Positions 1 through 7,567 of a DNA stretch of 32,000 nucleotides are shown one piece after another. Every line of letters starts with the position of its first letter. The first letter of the stretch is position 1. A program made the position numbers and the translations under genes. The notes under the pieces were generated by a model. That model did not search any database. It worked only from the letters and a program-made list of their open reading frames with translations, and had not been told where the DNA came from. The stretch is taken from contig CP104013.1 of assembly GCA_025839675.1 (NCBI GenBank), positions 3,750,001-3,782,000 of the forward strand. Direction: 5' to 3'. The stretch is from Candidatus Lokiarchaeum ossiferum (lineage in GTDB: Archaea > Asgardarchaeota > Lokiarchaeia > Sigyniarchaeales > Promethearchaeaceae).

Positions 1-74
1 GGTACATCTCCATCAAAGATATATTCTGGAGTCACTCGTTTTAATACCGTTATTTTAACTCGATGTCGTGTCAT
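1..74 (-). CDS. TIGR04076-family small protein, paralog 1 (5' end only; the gene runs off the left window edge)
   Basis: Absent from the ORF track because it has no stop inside the window. The reverse complement starts with ATG (72..74) and reads MTRHRVKITVLKRVTPEYIFDGDVP. That is 19/25 identical to the N-terminus of the 136..465 product (MTHSRVKITVLKRVDPSIIFNGDVP). Seven codon differences are synonymous. Confidence 0.7.
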   Translation of the reverse strand, partial: MTRHRVKITVLKRVTPEYIFDGDV

Positions 75-99
75 TGTTTTTCACTTCAATTTGTTTTTC

Positions 100-111
100 A
101 AAAAAAAAAAA
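100..111 (-). terminator. Oligo-T tract (T12 on the minus strand) downstream of the 136..465 gene
   Basis: An A12 run on the + strand lies 25 nt past the TAA at 136..138. Archaeal transcription commonly terminates at oligo-T tracts. Confidence 0.3.
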
Positions 112-135
112 GTTGCATTTTCTATATATTTTTAA

Positions 136-465
136 TTACTCATCTAATCGTTCTAGTTTAAAAGAAACTGGTCGAATTCCATCTGAACAGCATGCAATAG
201 CGGTCCCTCGTTCAAGCCATGGATAGAAATCTCCTCCTCCTCGGATGGTAAGATATTCTTTGAAGAGATCCATCCATGCCCAATTGCAAAATCCTAGAGG
301 ACATCGACTGGAATTATCAGCATCGACAATAAATTCTTGACCATCTTCAAGGGCTGTGCATATTTCATATTTTTCACCATTTGGCCGAGAGGGTACATCT
401 CCATTAAAAATTATTGATGGATCGACTCGTTTCAATACGGTGATTTTTACACGCGAGTGTGTCAT
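136..465 (-). CDS. TIGR04076-family small Cys-containing protein, paralog 2
   Basis: 109-aa ORF with ATG at 463..465. Motifs as I recall them for this family are VKITVLKR, QEFIVD, GFCNWAWMD, GGG and IACCSDGIRPVSFKLERL. It is clearly paralogous to 1363..1674 and 1..74. Confidence 0.85.
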   Translation of the reverse strand: MTHSRVKITVLKRVDPSIIFNGDVPSRPNGEKYEICTALEDGQEFIVDADNSSRCPLGFCNWAWMDLFKEYLTIRGGGDFYPWLERGTAIACCSDGIRPVSFKLERLDE

Positions 466-494
466 TTTTATCAGTTTTATTTTCTATCAAAAAA

Positions 495-1355
495 TTAAAT
501 GCCTTCTTTCATTGAATCATAAAATTCTCTTGAAGGATGGGTAAGATTACCCGCTATTCTGGTGTCATGTAAACAGCAAGAACAATATGGATCACCTTCC
601 ATTATTGTGTGCTCCATGGTTAACCGGAAAGCAGGGTTACTATTATTATATCCCTGAAAATCTCCATAACACGCCACTAAGTATTTTAATTCCTGATCCG
701 GTAAATCTTGGATAGCATCTTTCCACATACATGTGTCTTTGCGTTGAGGAAACTTTCCATCTTGGATTTTTCCGTGCAATATCACCCACCCAATGTTTGG
801 TTTTTTTTTGTTACTTTGGATTGTTGCTGATCGAAATTCTTCCAAGCTTTTGATAGGGGGATTTTGAGGAGCAAAGCTTTTGACGTATTCTGTTACAAAT
901 TCTTTGTAGAGGGAAATTCCTCTCACTCGATCTGTACTCTCAATTATTGACTGGACATTATAATAGCGAAATATCAGATAGGAACGTATATTGGCTCGAT
1001 TTGTGGTTTCAACTTCTGTGTTCAGGTCCATAATCCTAACAGGTATGTTCAAAATTTCTAAAGTCCGCCTTATTACTTGTTCTACGAGAAAAGGAAAATT
1101 CTCTAAAACTGGAAATTTCTGAAAAATTGGGGTTATATTGTAGGAGATTATTGATTTATCCATTGAAATTTTATCAAGTAAACTATTAACATATTTTTCT
1201 TTAAGAATGGGACTTTTTTTTCCCAAAAACTGAATTAAATAGGCAACACGGTTGAGAATATTCTCTTGCAGTTGATTTAATACATTTATTTTCTTCGAAT
1301 CAGCTAAATTTGAAATACTGTAGCTCCCAGTTTTTATTGTGCTCATAGTTATCAT
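495..1355 (-). CDS. Hypothetical protein with a C-terminal L-2-amino-thiazoline-4-carboxylic acid (ATC) hydrolase-like domain
   Basis: The C-terminus LVACYGDFQGYNNSNPAFRLTMEHTIMEGDPYCSCCLHD follows the same C..D...np.i.l.R/T..T.M.G...C(C) pattern as the 2299..2805 product. The track start at 1409 would overlap the upstream gene by 47 nt in another frame. The ATG at 1355 lies 8 nt after that gene's stop, so I chose it. The ATG at 1346 is also possible. Confidence 0.65.
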   Translation of the reverse strand: MITMSTIKTGSYSISNLADSKKINVLNQLQENILNRVAYLIQFLGKKSPILKEKYVNSLLDKISMDKSIISYNITPIFQKFPVLENFPFLVEQVIRRTLEILNIPVRIMDLNTEVETTNRANIRSYLIFRYYNVQSIIESTDRVRGISLYKEFVTEYVKSFAPQNPPIKSLEEFRSATIQSNKKKPNIGWVILHGKIQDGKFPQRKDTCMWKDAIQDLPDQELKYLVACYGDFQGYNNSNPAFRLTMEHTIMEGDPYCSCCLHDTRIAGNLTHPSREFYDSMKEGI

Positions 1356-1362
1356 CAGAATG

Positions 1363-1674
1363 TTAAGTTGAAATTCTTTCGACTTTAAAACAAACGGGTC
1401 TAATTCCATCGGGACAGGCGGTATAGATCATGTCCTTTCCTGTCCATGTAGGAAATCCACCACCGCATTGCAAGATATTTACACTCTTATATAAACCATA
1501 CCAAGCATGATGGCAAAAGTCTTTTGGCATATCTCCCGATTCATCGACCAAAAACTCGCTTCCTTCCTCAAGCCAACAAATCGGAATGGGTCGTCCGTCT
1601 GCGCGAATGAAATCCTCGCCAATAACATCCTTCGGAGAGAATTTTTTCACAACGGTTATTTTTATTTGACTCAT
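1363..1674 (-). CDS. TIGR04076-family small Cys-containing protein, paralog 3
   Basis: 103-aa ORF with ATG at 1672..1674. Motifs are IKITVVKK, SEFLVDE, DFCHHAWYG, CGGG and YTACPDGIRPVCFKVERI. A weak SD-like AGGAAG lies upstream. Confidence 0.85.
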   Translation of the reverse strand: MSQIKITVVKKFSPKDVIGEDFIRADGRPIPICWLEEGSEFLVDESGDMPKDFCHHAWYGLYKSVNILQCGGGFPTWTGKDMIYTACPDGIRPVCFKVERIST

Positions 1675-1809
1675 ATTGATATTCTTCCTATCCTAACGGT
1701 ATTTGGAATTTTTCGATAATTTACGAAATATTCAGTACTGTCGTGAAGATGATTATAGGAAGGAAAGAAAACTGTCTATAAAAATGTTTTGAAAAATTAA
1801 CATTATTTT

Positions 1810-1820
1810 CGAACGTATCA
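1810..1820. promoter_or_regulatory. Candidate operator half: the 11-mer CGAACGTATCA shared with 2873..2883
   Basis: The same 11-mer occurs in both intergenic or promoter regions of the TIGR04076/ATC-like cluster. ATATAGAT also occurs in both (1821..1828 and 2850..2857). Confidence 0.25.
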
Positions 1821-1886
1821 ATATAGATGTTAATTGTGATCAATCAAAAATTTTTATTTTTACTTTTTTTGGAAATTAAGGAAGGA

Positions 1887-2261
1887 TCAGAAACGATGGG
1901 CATTTTTACTTACGATTTTCCATCCAGATTTTGTTTTCAACAACAAAATATAGTTAATTTCTCCGATTTTTGTCTCATCTACTGAGTGCCAAGCAATTTT
2001 GGCGAAAGCTGCCGTTCCGGTATATTCTACTGAAATGATATCAGCAGTGAAAGAAGGACCGGAAGAATGCTTGATTGATTTAATCACATCCTCATGAGAA
2101 GCACTTAGCATTTTATAGGGTTCTTGGGTATCTGGATCAATGATCCACCGATGTCCGTCAGTATCCCATGCAGATCGAACTAAATTGAAATTCATGGTTT
2201 GGACTGCTGTAATGTAGTTTCGTATTACTTTCTTTATATCATCGATTTCATTCTCGTTCAT
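1887..2261 (-). CDS. NTF2-like / SnoaL-like (putative lumazine-binding-type) small protein
   Basis: 124-aa ORF. The pattern IKKVIRNYITAV...W...YILLLKTKSGWKIVS is typical of NTF2-fold cone proteins. SD-like GGGAGATGG lies 5-12 nt upstream of ATG 2261. Confidence 0.55.
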   Translation of the reverse strand: MNENEIDDIKKVIRNYITAVQTMNFNLVRSAWDTDGHRWIIDPDTQEPYKMLSASHEDVIKSIKHSSGPSFTADIISVEYTGTAAFAKIAWHSVDETKIGEINYILLLKTKSGWKIVSKNAHRF

Positions 2262-2298
2262 TTTCCATCTCCCATCTCATCATTTTCATGAAAAAAAA

Positions 2299-2805
2299 TC
2301 ACACATTGTTTTTTCGCAATTGATATGTGTGGTCACAACAGTCGTGGCCTTGCATCAGTGTTTTTGTCCTTGTAAACTCAATTTTTGGATTAAAACCCTC
2401 GACGATTGCATAATCACTCATGCAATAGAACTGGTATCCCCACTTTTCCAAGCCGAGTTCTCTCGCCATATCTGCAAAAGGACATTTTGTGACATGCATT
2501 TGCGTAATCTCCCCTCGTGTTGTCACATCATACTCAATTCCACCAGGTGCGCACATTTCTACCCACAATTTTTGGACAAGGGCACCAACATCAGGAGTGG
2601 ATACATTTTTGCTGATATTTTGCCAAAAGCCCAAATTGTCTTCTCTTACATGAGAATCTATGATATCATCGACAGCATCACCTAAATTTGTCTTAATTTT
2701 CTGAAGAAGTTCGATTTTATCTTGAAAAAAAGATTTTCGGGCTGATTTCTTCCAGTTTTCCAATTGATCTATTCGTTCTTTTAGTTCGTTGTAGGTTTCT
2801 TCCAT
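2299..2805 (-). CDS. ATC hydrolase-family protein
   Basis: CPFADMARELGLEKWGYQFYCMSDYAIVEGFNPKIEFTRTKTLMQGHDCCDHTY matches my recollection of the family's C-terminal signature. The track start at 2820 is GTG. ATG at 2803..2805 (MEETYNEL) is preferred. Confidence 0.7.
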   Translation of the reverse strand: MEETYNELKERIDQLENWKKSARKSFFQDKIELLQKIKTNLGDAVDDIIDSHVREDNLGFWQNISKNVSTPDVGALVQKLWVEMCAPGGIEYDVTTRGEITQMHVTKCPFADMARELGLEKWGYQFYCMSDYAIVEGFNPKIEFTRTKTLMQGHDCCDHTYQLRKNNV

Positions 2806-2826
2806 TGTAAATTCACACACATTTCT

Positions 2827-2851
2827 ATGTATTCCGAATATTTAAATACAT
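2827..2851. promoter_or_regulatory. Inverted repeat ATGTATT-N11-AATACAT in the divergent promoter region
   Basis: 7-bp perfect arms (2827..2833 and 2845..2851) enclose a palindromic TATTTAAATA core. The repeat sits between the ATC-hydrolase-like gene (-) and the ArsR-type regulator (+). It could be an operator and/or TATA elements. Confidence 0.25.
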
Positions 2852-2872
2852 ATAGATCGTTTATATACTCAC

Positions 2873-2883
2873 CGAACGTATCA
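2873..2883. promoter_or_regulatory. Candidate operator half: the 11-mer CGAACGTATCA shared with 1810..1820
   Basis: Exact 11-nt identity with 1810..1820. It lies about 40 nt upstream of the ArsR-family gene start. Confidence 0.25.
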
Positions 2884-2922
2884 TAACGGTTGATTTTTTT
2901 TAACTTCCCTTTGGATGATTTT

Positions 2923-3651
2923 ATGACCCCTAAGAAAGATAAATCTGCCCCTCCACTGTCTATAAGTGAAATTCTTCACAGCAAGACACGCTTTCTCATT
3001 TATTCGTTACTTTCAGTATATAAAGAATTGAGCCTTTCTCAATTAAGTAAGGAATTGAAGCGAAATAAATCCACTATCTCCCATCATTTAAAAAAAATGA
3101 TCGCCTCAGGCTTAGTTACTCTATCTAAAGAGGAACAATCTCGATCCAATATCAAGTCGAAGTTTTATTGTTTGGTTGACGATGCGGATGATTTAATTGG
3201 CTTCATGCATCCTGATGATGAACGCATGAAGTTGAAACAAAAGTTAAAAAATGGAACACTGAGTTTTGAAGAACGATGTCAATTGGAAGCAGAAAAATTA
3301 CGAGATCACATCGGTTTTACTCAAACTAAAATAGAACTCTACCAAAAATGGGAAAAATATATGCTTTCGTTAGAGAAACGAATTTTGAGCTCCAATCCTA
3401 AAGTAGCAGAAACGGCTTTAACAGAATTGCAAATATTTGGGAAACGATGGTCTTCAATTTCATTCTATTCTGAGACCTTAGCCAAGGAATTCAATACGCG
3501 TTTTTCAAAATTATATCAAGAAATGGAAGGGTTAATCAAACAAGAAGTATCAGAAACCGGAAAAGGAGCTAGTGAACGTCCTTACGTGGCAAGTATGACT
3601 TTGTTTCCAGTCAAAATTGTTTTAGACCAGATGCAAAAAGAAGAAAACTAA
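2923..3651 (+). CDS. ArsR-family winged-helix transcriptional regulator with a long C-terminal helical extension
   Basis: LSLSQLSKELKRNKSTISHHLKKMIASGLV is a classic ArsR/HTH_20 recognition-helix signature. The track start at 2890 is TTG. ATG at 2923 (MTPKKDK) is preferred. Confidence 0.7.
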   Translation: MTPKKDKSAPPLSISEILHSKTRFLIYSLLSVYKELSLSQLSKELKRNKSTISHHLKKMIASGLVTLSKEEQSRSNIKSKFYCLVDDADDLIGFMHPDDERMKLKQKLKNGTLSFEERCQLEAEKLRDHIGFTQTKIELYQKWEKYMLSLEKRILSSNPKVAETALTELQIFGKRWSSISFYSETLAKEFNTRFSKLYQEMEGLIKQEVSETGKGASERPYVASMTLFPVKIVLDQMQKEEN

Positions 3652-3694
3652 AAAATTATTTATAAAATGCTTGTTCTCCATCTTCTTTTTTTCA

Positions 3695-4288
3695 TTATTT
3701 GAGATACGAACGAATAATTTCAAGAAATTTCTGGATGCTGGGATGTTGGATGTCAATATCGAATAATTTGAATAGATTGAGCCATTTCCCTACCTCATCA
3801 CTCCCTACTAGTAAAGCTTCAAAGTCTTCCTTGGTTCTTATAAAACGAATAAATCCATCTTGCAATTCTTCATTTCTTACTGTAGATCCAAATATTTCAT
3901 TAACTCGATAAATTAATCGATAATTTCTTCTCATTGGGGTGAGATGGTTTGATTTATAGCGTAAAACTATATAGTTTTCAATGTCTCCATTGTTTTCAAT
4001 CGTCTCCATAGGAGATTTGAAGATATTCGATGGAAAATCAACTTCATTTCGGATAATTTCATCATAAAAATAGGAATAAATTCGATAATCTTTTTCGTAC
4101 ATGGCTTCAAAATCATGAAGTGATGAAAAAGTTAGTAGTAATGTATTTTGGGGGGTTATTATCGCTGTCTCAGGCGGAATGGGGGGATAATCCATCAAAT
4201 TTTTTAGAATTGTAGTCAAAATGCTTATCGTTTCTAAATTCTCATCGGATTTTGAGATTACAGAAATTTCGAGAAACGGTTTTTCCAC
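3695..4288 (-). CDS. Hypothetical protein, tandem paralog A (unknown family)
   Basis: 197 aa and roughly half identical by eye to the 4385..4987 product. Shared blocks are MEKPFLEIS, NYIVLRY.SN.L.PMRRNYRLI..VNEIFG, QDG..RF..TKED and IDI.HP.IQKF.EII. The GTG start at 4286..4288 is supported by the conserved N-terminus. It is also supported by SD-like GGGAGTGA (4295..4302) 6 nt upstream. Confidence 0.75.
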   Translation of the reverse strand: MEKPFLEISVISKSDENLETISILTTILKNLMDYPPIPPETAIITPQNTLLLTFSSLHDFEAMYEKDYRIYSYFYDEIIRNEVDFPSNIFKSPMETIENNGDIENYIVLRYKSNHLTPMRRNYRLIYRVNEIFGSTVRNEELQDGFIRFIRTKEDFEALLVGSDEVGKWLNLFKLFDIDIQHPSIQKFLEIIRSYLK

Positions 4289-4384
4289 AGCTTTTCACTC
4301 CCTCTAGACAATATTTTTTGTTAGTAGTTAAATGTCTTGTGTTTATGTAAATAATAAGTCGTGATACTTGAATATGTGAGTTCT

Positions 4385-4987
4385 TCATTTGAGAGATTGA
4401 ATTATTTCCATGAATTTTTGAATAGTAGGGTGGGATATATCTATATTGAATAGCTGAAAAACTTCTGTCCATTGAGCAACTTCATCACAACCGATAAGCA
4501 TGCCCTCCCAATCTTCTTTAGTTTTTAAAAATCGTAAGTATCCATCTTGAATCTCTTCATTGGTAATTTTAAATCCAAATATTTCATTTACTTTATCTAT
4601 CAGTCGATAATTACGGCGCATCGGGGCGAGATTATTTGATCTATAACGAAGGACGATGTAATTTTGATAATAGTCCTCATCCTTAATCGTAGTATTCTTC
4701 AATTTTTGTTGCTCTTTGAAGAAATTTTCATCAAGATCTATATGTCTTCGGAGAATTTCATCATAAAGATATTCGTATACTTCATACGTGTGGCTATATG
4801 CTGCATCAAAATCTGCTAATGATTGGAAAGTTACTAAAAGGGATGGCTTGGATGTAAATTCTATTGATTCTGGAGTTTTCGTCCATATTTCAATCAAACC
4901 TTCTTTGATTCTCTGTAATAATTGAATATCATCCAAATTTGTATCACTTTTTGAAGCAATAGAGATTTCTAAAAAAGGTTTTTCCAT
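4385..4987 (-). CDS. Hypothetical protein, tandem paralog B (unknown family)
   Basis: The track ORF starts at GTG 5023. ATG at 4985..4987 gives MEKPFLEIS, colinear with paralog A, so I chose it. Confidence 0.75.
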   Translation of the reverse strand: MEKPFLEISIASKSDTNLDDIQLLQRIKEGLIEIWTKTPESIEFTSKPSLLVTFQSLADFDAAYSHTYEVYEYLYDEILRRHIDLDENFFKEQQKLKNTTIKDEDYYQNYIVLRYRSNNLAPMRRNYRLIDKVNEIFGFKITNEEIQDGYLRFLKTKEDWEGMLIGCDEVAQWTEVFQLFNIDISHPTIQKFMEIIQSLK

Positions 4988-5053
4988 GTTATCCCACAAT
5001 TTCTTAAGTAACAGTTTGTCCACAATTTTTAAGAAATTTAACTTTTATAATAT

Positions 5054-6001
5054 ATGAAAGGTATTTCTCAAAATCTTGTTCTTCGCTCCTACTTGCTGGC
5101 AACGCTTACTTTTGTTATATGGGGTACTTCATTTGCTATTGGTAAATTTGTGACTCCCAGTCCTCTTTCTCCTTTCAATATCACATTTTTCAGGACAGTT
5201 ATTGCTGCTCTCACTTTATTTATAATTATCGCTTTGAAAGGTCAAATAAAGGCATGGTTTGTTGTTTTTCGGCAAGAATTTCTGAAGTATCTTATTATTG
5301 GAGTATTTTTCTATGGGTGTGGGTTTATTTTGGAATATTGGGCCCTTGCCCGAACTGAAGCCTCGAATCAAGCGATGTTGAGCAATACCATGACATTTTG
5401 GGTGGTCTTGATCAATTTTTTTGTTTTTAAGCAACAAATAAAGAAAAATTTTATAGTGGGGCTAATTTTAGCGTTTATTGGCGTTATACTCATTCTGCTG
5501 ACCGACGAATTTAACTTTTCTTCTGCTACCATTATTGGAGATGTAGGAACTCTAATTGCCTACATCATTTGGGGGATGTACAGTGCATTCACAGCAAAAA
5601 TGAATGAAAAATATAATCCTCTTTTCTCGACATTGTCTATTTTCATATCTTCTTTGATTTTATTACTTCCGATGGCGCTGATACAAGGAGGATTTCAAGA
5701 AATTACACAAATGTCATCTATCAATTGGCTTGCTTTACTCTATTTAGGCATAATATGTGGTGGAATCGCCTTTTGGATATACAATATCGCCTTATCTAAT
5801 GAACAGGTTTCATCGGAATATATTGTCATCTTTTCTCTACTTAATCCCATAATTGGGGTTGTAACTGGTATTATTTTGCTTGGAGAAGGGCTGGTTATAC
5901 GGGAAATAATTGGTATCATAATCATTCTTTCAGCCATTGTACTTGCAAACTGTCAACCAAATAATATGGACTCAATTGAAATAATCTCAGCTAAATTATA
6001 G
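5054..6001 (+). CDS. EamA/DMT-superfamily transporter
   Basis: 315 aa with about ten hydrophobic segments in two similar halves. G-rich helix ends (GTSFAIGKF, GIICGGIAFWIYN) are typical of EamA domains. Confidence 0.85.
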   Translation: MKGISQNLVLRSYLLATLTFVIWGTSFAIGKFVTPSPLSPFNITFFRTVIAALTLFIIIALKGQIKAWFVVFRQEFLKYLIIGVFFYGCGFILEYWALARTEASNQAMLSNTMTFWVVLINFFVFKQQIKKNFIVGLILAFIGVILILLTDEFNFSSATIIGDVGTLIAYIIWGMYSAFTAKMNEKYNPLFSTLSIFISSLILLLPMALIQGGFQEITQMSSINWLALLYLGIICGGIAFWIYNIALSNEQVSSEYIVIFSLLNPIIGVVTGIILLGEGLVIREIIGIIIILSAIVLANCQPNNMDSIEIISAKL

Positions 6002-6051
6002 GATATTTGCCAATCTTAAACTTTTTAAATTTTTAGATTGAAATTCATATA

Positions 6052-7500
6052 ATGCAGATAAAAAAGGGATTTTTTACATTGGAAATGATTTTTTTAGGGT
6101 TATTAGGCGTAATTTTGTTTGTAGTAATGGAATTTAATTATCTTTTGTTTCACTCATTTATTGAGATTTTTGCGATTGTGATTTTTTTTACCACCTTTTT
6201 GATCACTGTTATATCTCGCAAGATTGTGGAAAGCTCTCTTTTACTCCTTATTGGAATTTCAAGTATTTCTTATGCCTTTTTAGATTTATTGCATCTGTTA
6301 ACTTACCAAGGGATGGGGGTTTTTATTGCAATTGATACAAATATTCCCACTCAATTTTGGATTGCGGCTCGTTATTTTCAAAGTATTTCGTTTCTAATTG
6401 GTCTTCTTTTTAGTCGGAAGCACGTCAACTCAGTATTAGTGCTTGCAATTAATATGGTTCTTGTTACTTTTATTTTGTTATCGATTTTTACATTTTCTAT
6501 CTTTCCTGATTGCTACGTTGAGGGGGATGGATTAACCTTATTTAAAATTATAAGTGAATATATAATTTCGGGGTTCTATGGCCTATCTATTTATTTATTA
6601 TTTCGAAAGAGAAAAAAAATTGATTCCCACATCTATATATTTTTCCAAACCGCTTTAGTGTTGAACATAATTTCCGAACTTCTATTTTCATTCTATACTG
6701 ATGTTTATGGGCTGACGAATTTCTTTGGCCATGTGTTGAAGTTCTTTGCATGTTATTGTTTTATGAAATCGATCATTATGACTTTTTTAAAAAATCCGGT
6801 AAATTTACTGGTCTTTAGCTTAAAAAAACATGAGCGAGAACTTAAACAAGAACTCCTTTCCAAAGATATTCTAATAAAAGATATCCATCACCGTGTGAAA
6901 AATAACTTACAAATGATTTCAAGCCTAATTATTTTACAATCCCATGAAATCCAAGATGAAGAAACATTAACAGTTTTCCAAGAGTTACAAGATAGAATTC
7001 AGTCGTTTTCTTTATTGCACCGACATATTTATCAATCTCCTGATTTATCACAAATTTCCCTTGAATCTTATCTAACACAATTAGTCCAATATTTGAAAGA
7101 ATCGATTAATGTGAAAAAAGAGATTTTAATGGAAATTGAAATCGCAGATGTGATGGTTTCTACTAAAATTGCAATCAATTGTGCTCTCATAATTACGGAG
7201 CTGTATTCAAATGCAATGAAACATGCGTTTAATCACCAAGAATCAGGAAAAATATCAATTTGCATATCTCAACTCGAATCCAATCATCTAGAATTGACTT
7301 TCAAAGATAATGGAATGACGAAAATTGCCTTGGATTCTCTCTATAACTCAAAAAATTTGGGTTTCCAGTTGGTATTGGCTGGAGTGGAACAATTAAGAGG
7401 AAAATTAGCTCTTGTTGTAAACGATGGATTACAAGTTATCATCAAATTTCCTTTAGATGGAAAAAACAGCAAAAATCTTTCTAACCATGTTGATTTTTAA
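6052..7500 (+). CDS. Membrane-embedded sensor histidine kinase (HisKA_2-type H box plus HATPase_c)
   Basis: The N-terminal ~250 aa hold 7-8 hydrophobic helices (MASE-like sensor). They are followed directly by IKDIHHRVKNNLQMISSLI (H box), ELYSNAMKHAF (N box) and NLGFQLV (G box-like). No PAS/GAF domain and no response regulator were seen nearby. Confidence 0.85.
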   Translation: MQIKKGFFTLEMIFLGLLGVILFVVMEFNYLLFHSFIEIFAIVIFFTTFLITVISRKIVESSLLLLIGISSISYAFLDLLHLLTYQGMGVFIAIDTNIPTQFWIAARYFQSISFLIGLLFSRKHVNSVLVLAINMVLVTFILLSIFTFSIFPDCYVEGDGLTLFKIISEYIISGFYGLSIYLLFRKRKKIDSHIYIFFQTALVLNIISELLFSFYTDVYGLTNFFGHVLKFFACYCFMKSIIMTFLKNPVNLLVFSLKKHERELKQELLSKDILIKDIHHRVKNNLQMISSLIILQSHEIQDEETLTVFQELQDRIQSFSLLHRHIYQSPDLSQISLESYLTQLVQYLKESINVKKEILMEIEIADVMVSTKIAINCALIITELYSNAMKHAFNHQESGKISICISQLESNHLELTFKDNGMTKIALDSLYNSKNLGFQLVLAGVEQLRGKLALVVNDGLQVIIKFPLDGKNSKNLSNHVDF

Positions 7501-7553
7501 AACTTTAAGGGTAATTCCGTGTCTGTCTGTTTATTAACAGAATCGATCCTGAT

Positions 7554-7561
7554 AAAAAAAA
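7554..7561 (-). terminator. Oligo-T tract (T8 on the minus strand) immediately after the cobN stop
   Basis: An A8 run on the + strand lies 7 nt beyond the stop at 7568..7570. Confidence 0.3.
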
Positions 7562-7567
7562 GGAGAT

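Noticed and set aside
495-1409. Full-length 304-aa version of the ATC-like gene overlapping the upstream TIGR04076 gene by 47 nt
   Set aside because: The extra 18 residues are encoded in an alternative frame of the most conserved part (RPVCFKVERI) of the upstream gene. The ATG at 1355 gives a compact 8-nt junction instead. This remains unproven.
356-2685. + strand ORFs 356..544, 1507..1719 and 2320..2685
   Set aside because: They are antisense shadows of the well-supported minus-strand genes (TIGR04076 paralogs and the ATC-hydrolase-like gene). Their sequences are low-complexity and rich in Cys and Phe, as expected from AT-rich antisense frames. The same reasoning applies to the other internal antisense ORFs in the track: 3699..3911, 5216..5437, 5740..5937, 8232..8540, 8923..9114, 9943..10128, 10384..10602, 17778..18062, 18491..18682, 19212..19409, 19707..20009, 20339..20533, 20781..20996, 21689..21892, 22184..22504, 25190..25474 and 25571..25783.
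4242-4472. 76-aa minus-strand ORF bridging the two tandem paralogs
   Set aside because: It overlaps the 3' end of paralog B and the 5' end of paralog A in other frames. It reads through the intergenic SD-containing region, so the paralog genes explain the DNA better.
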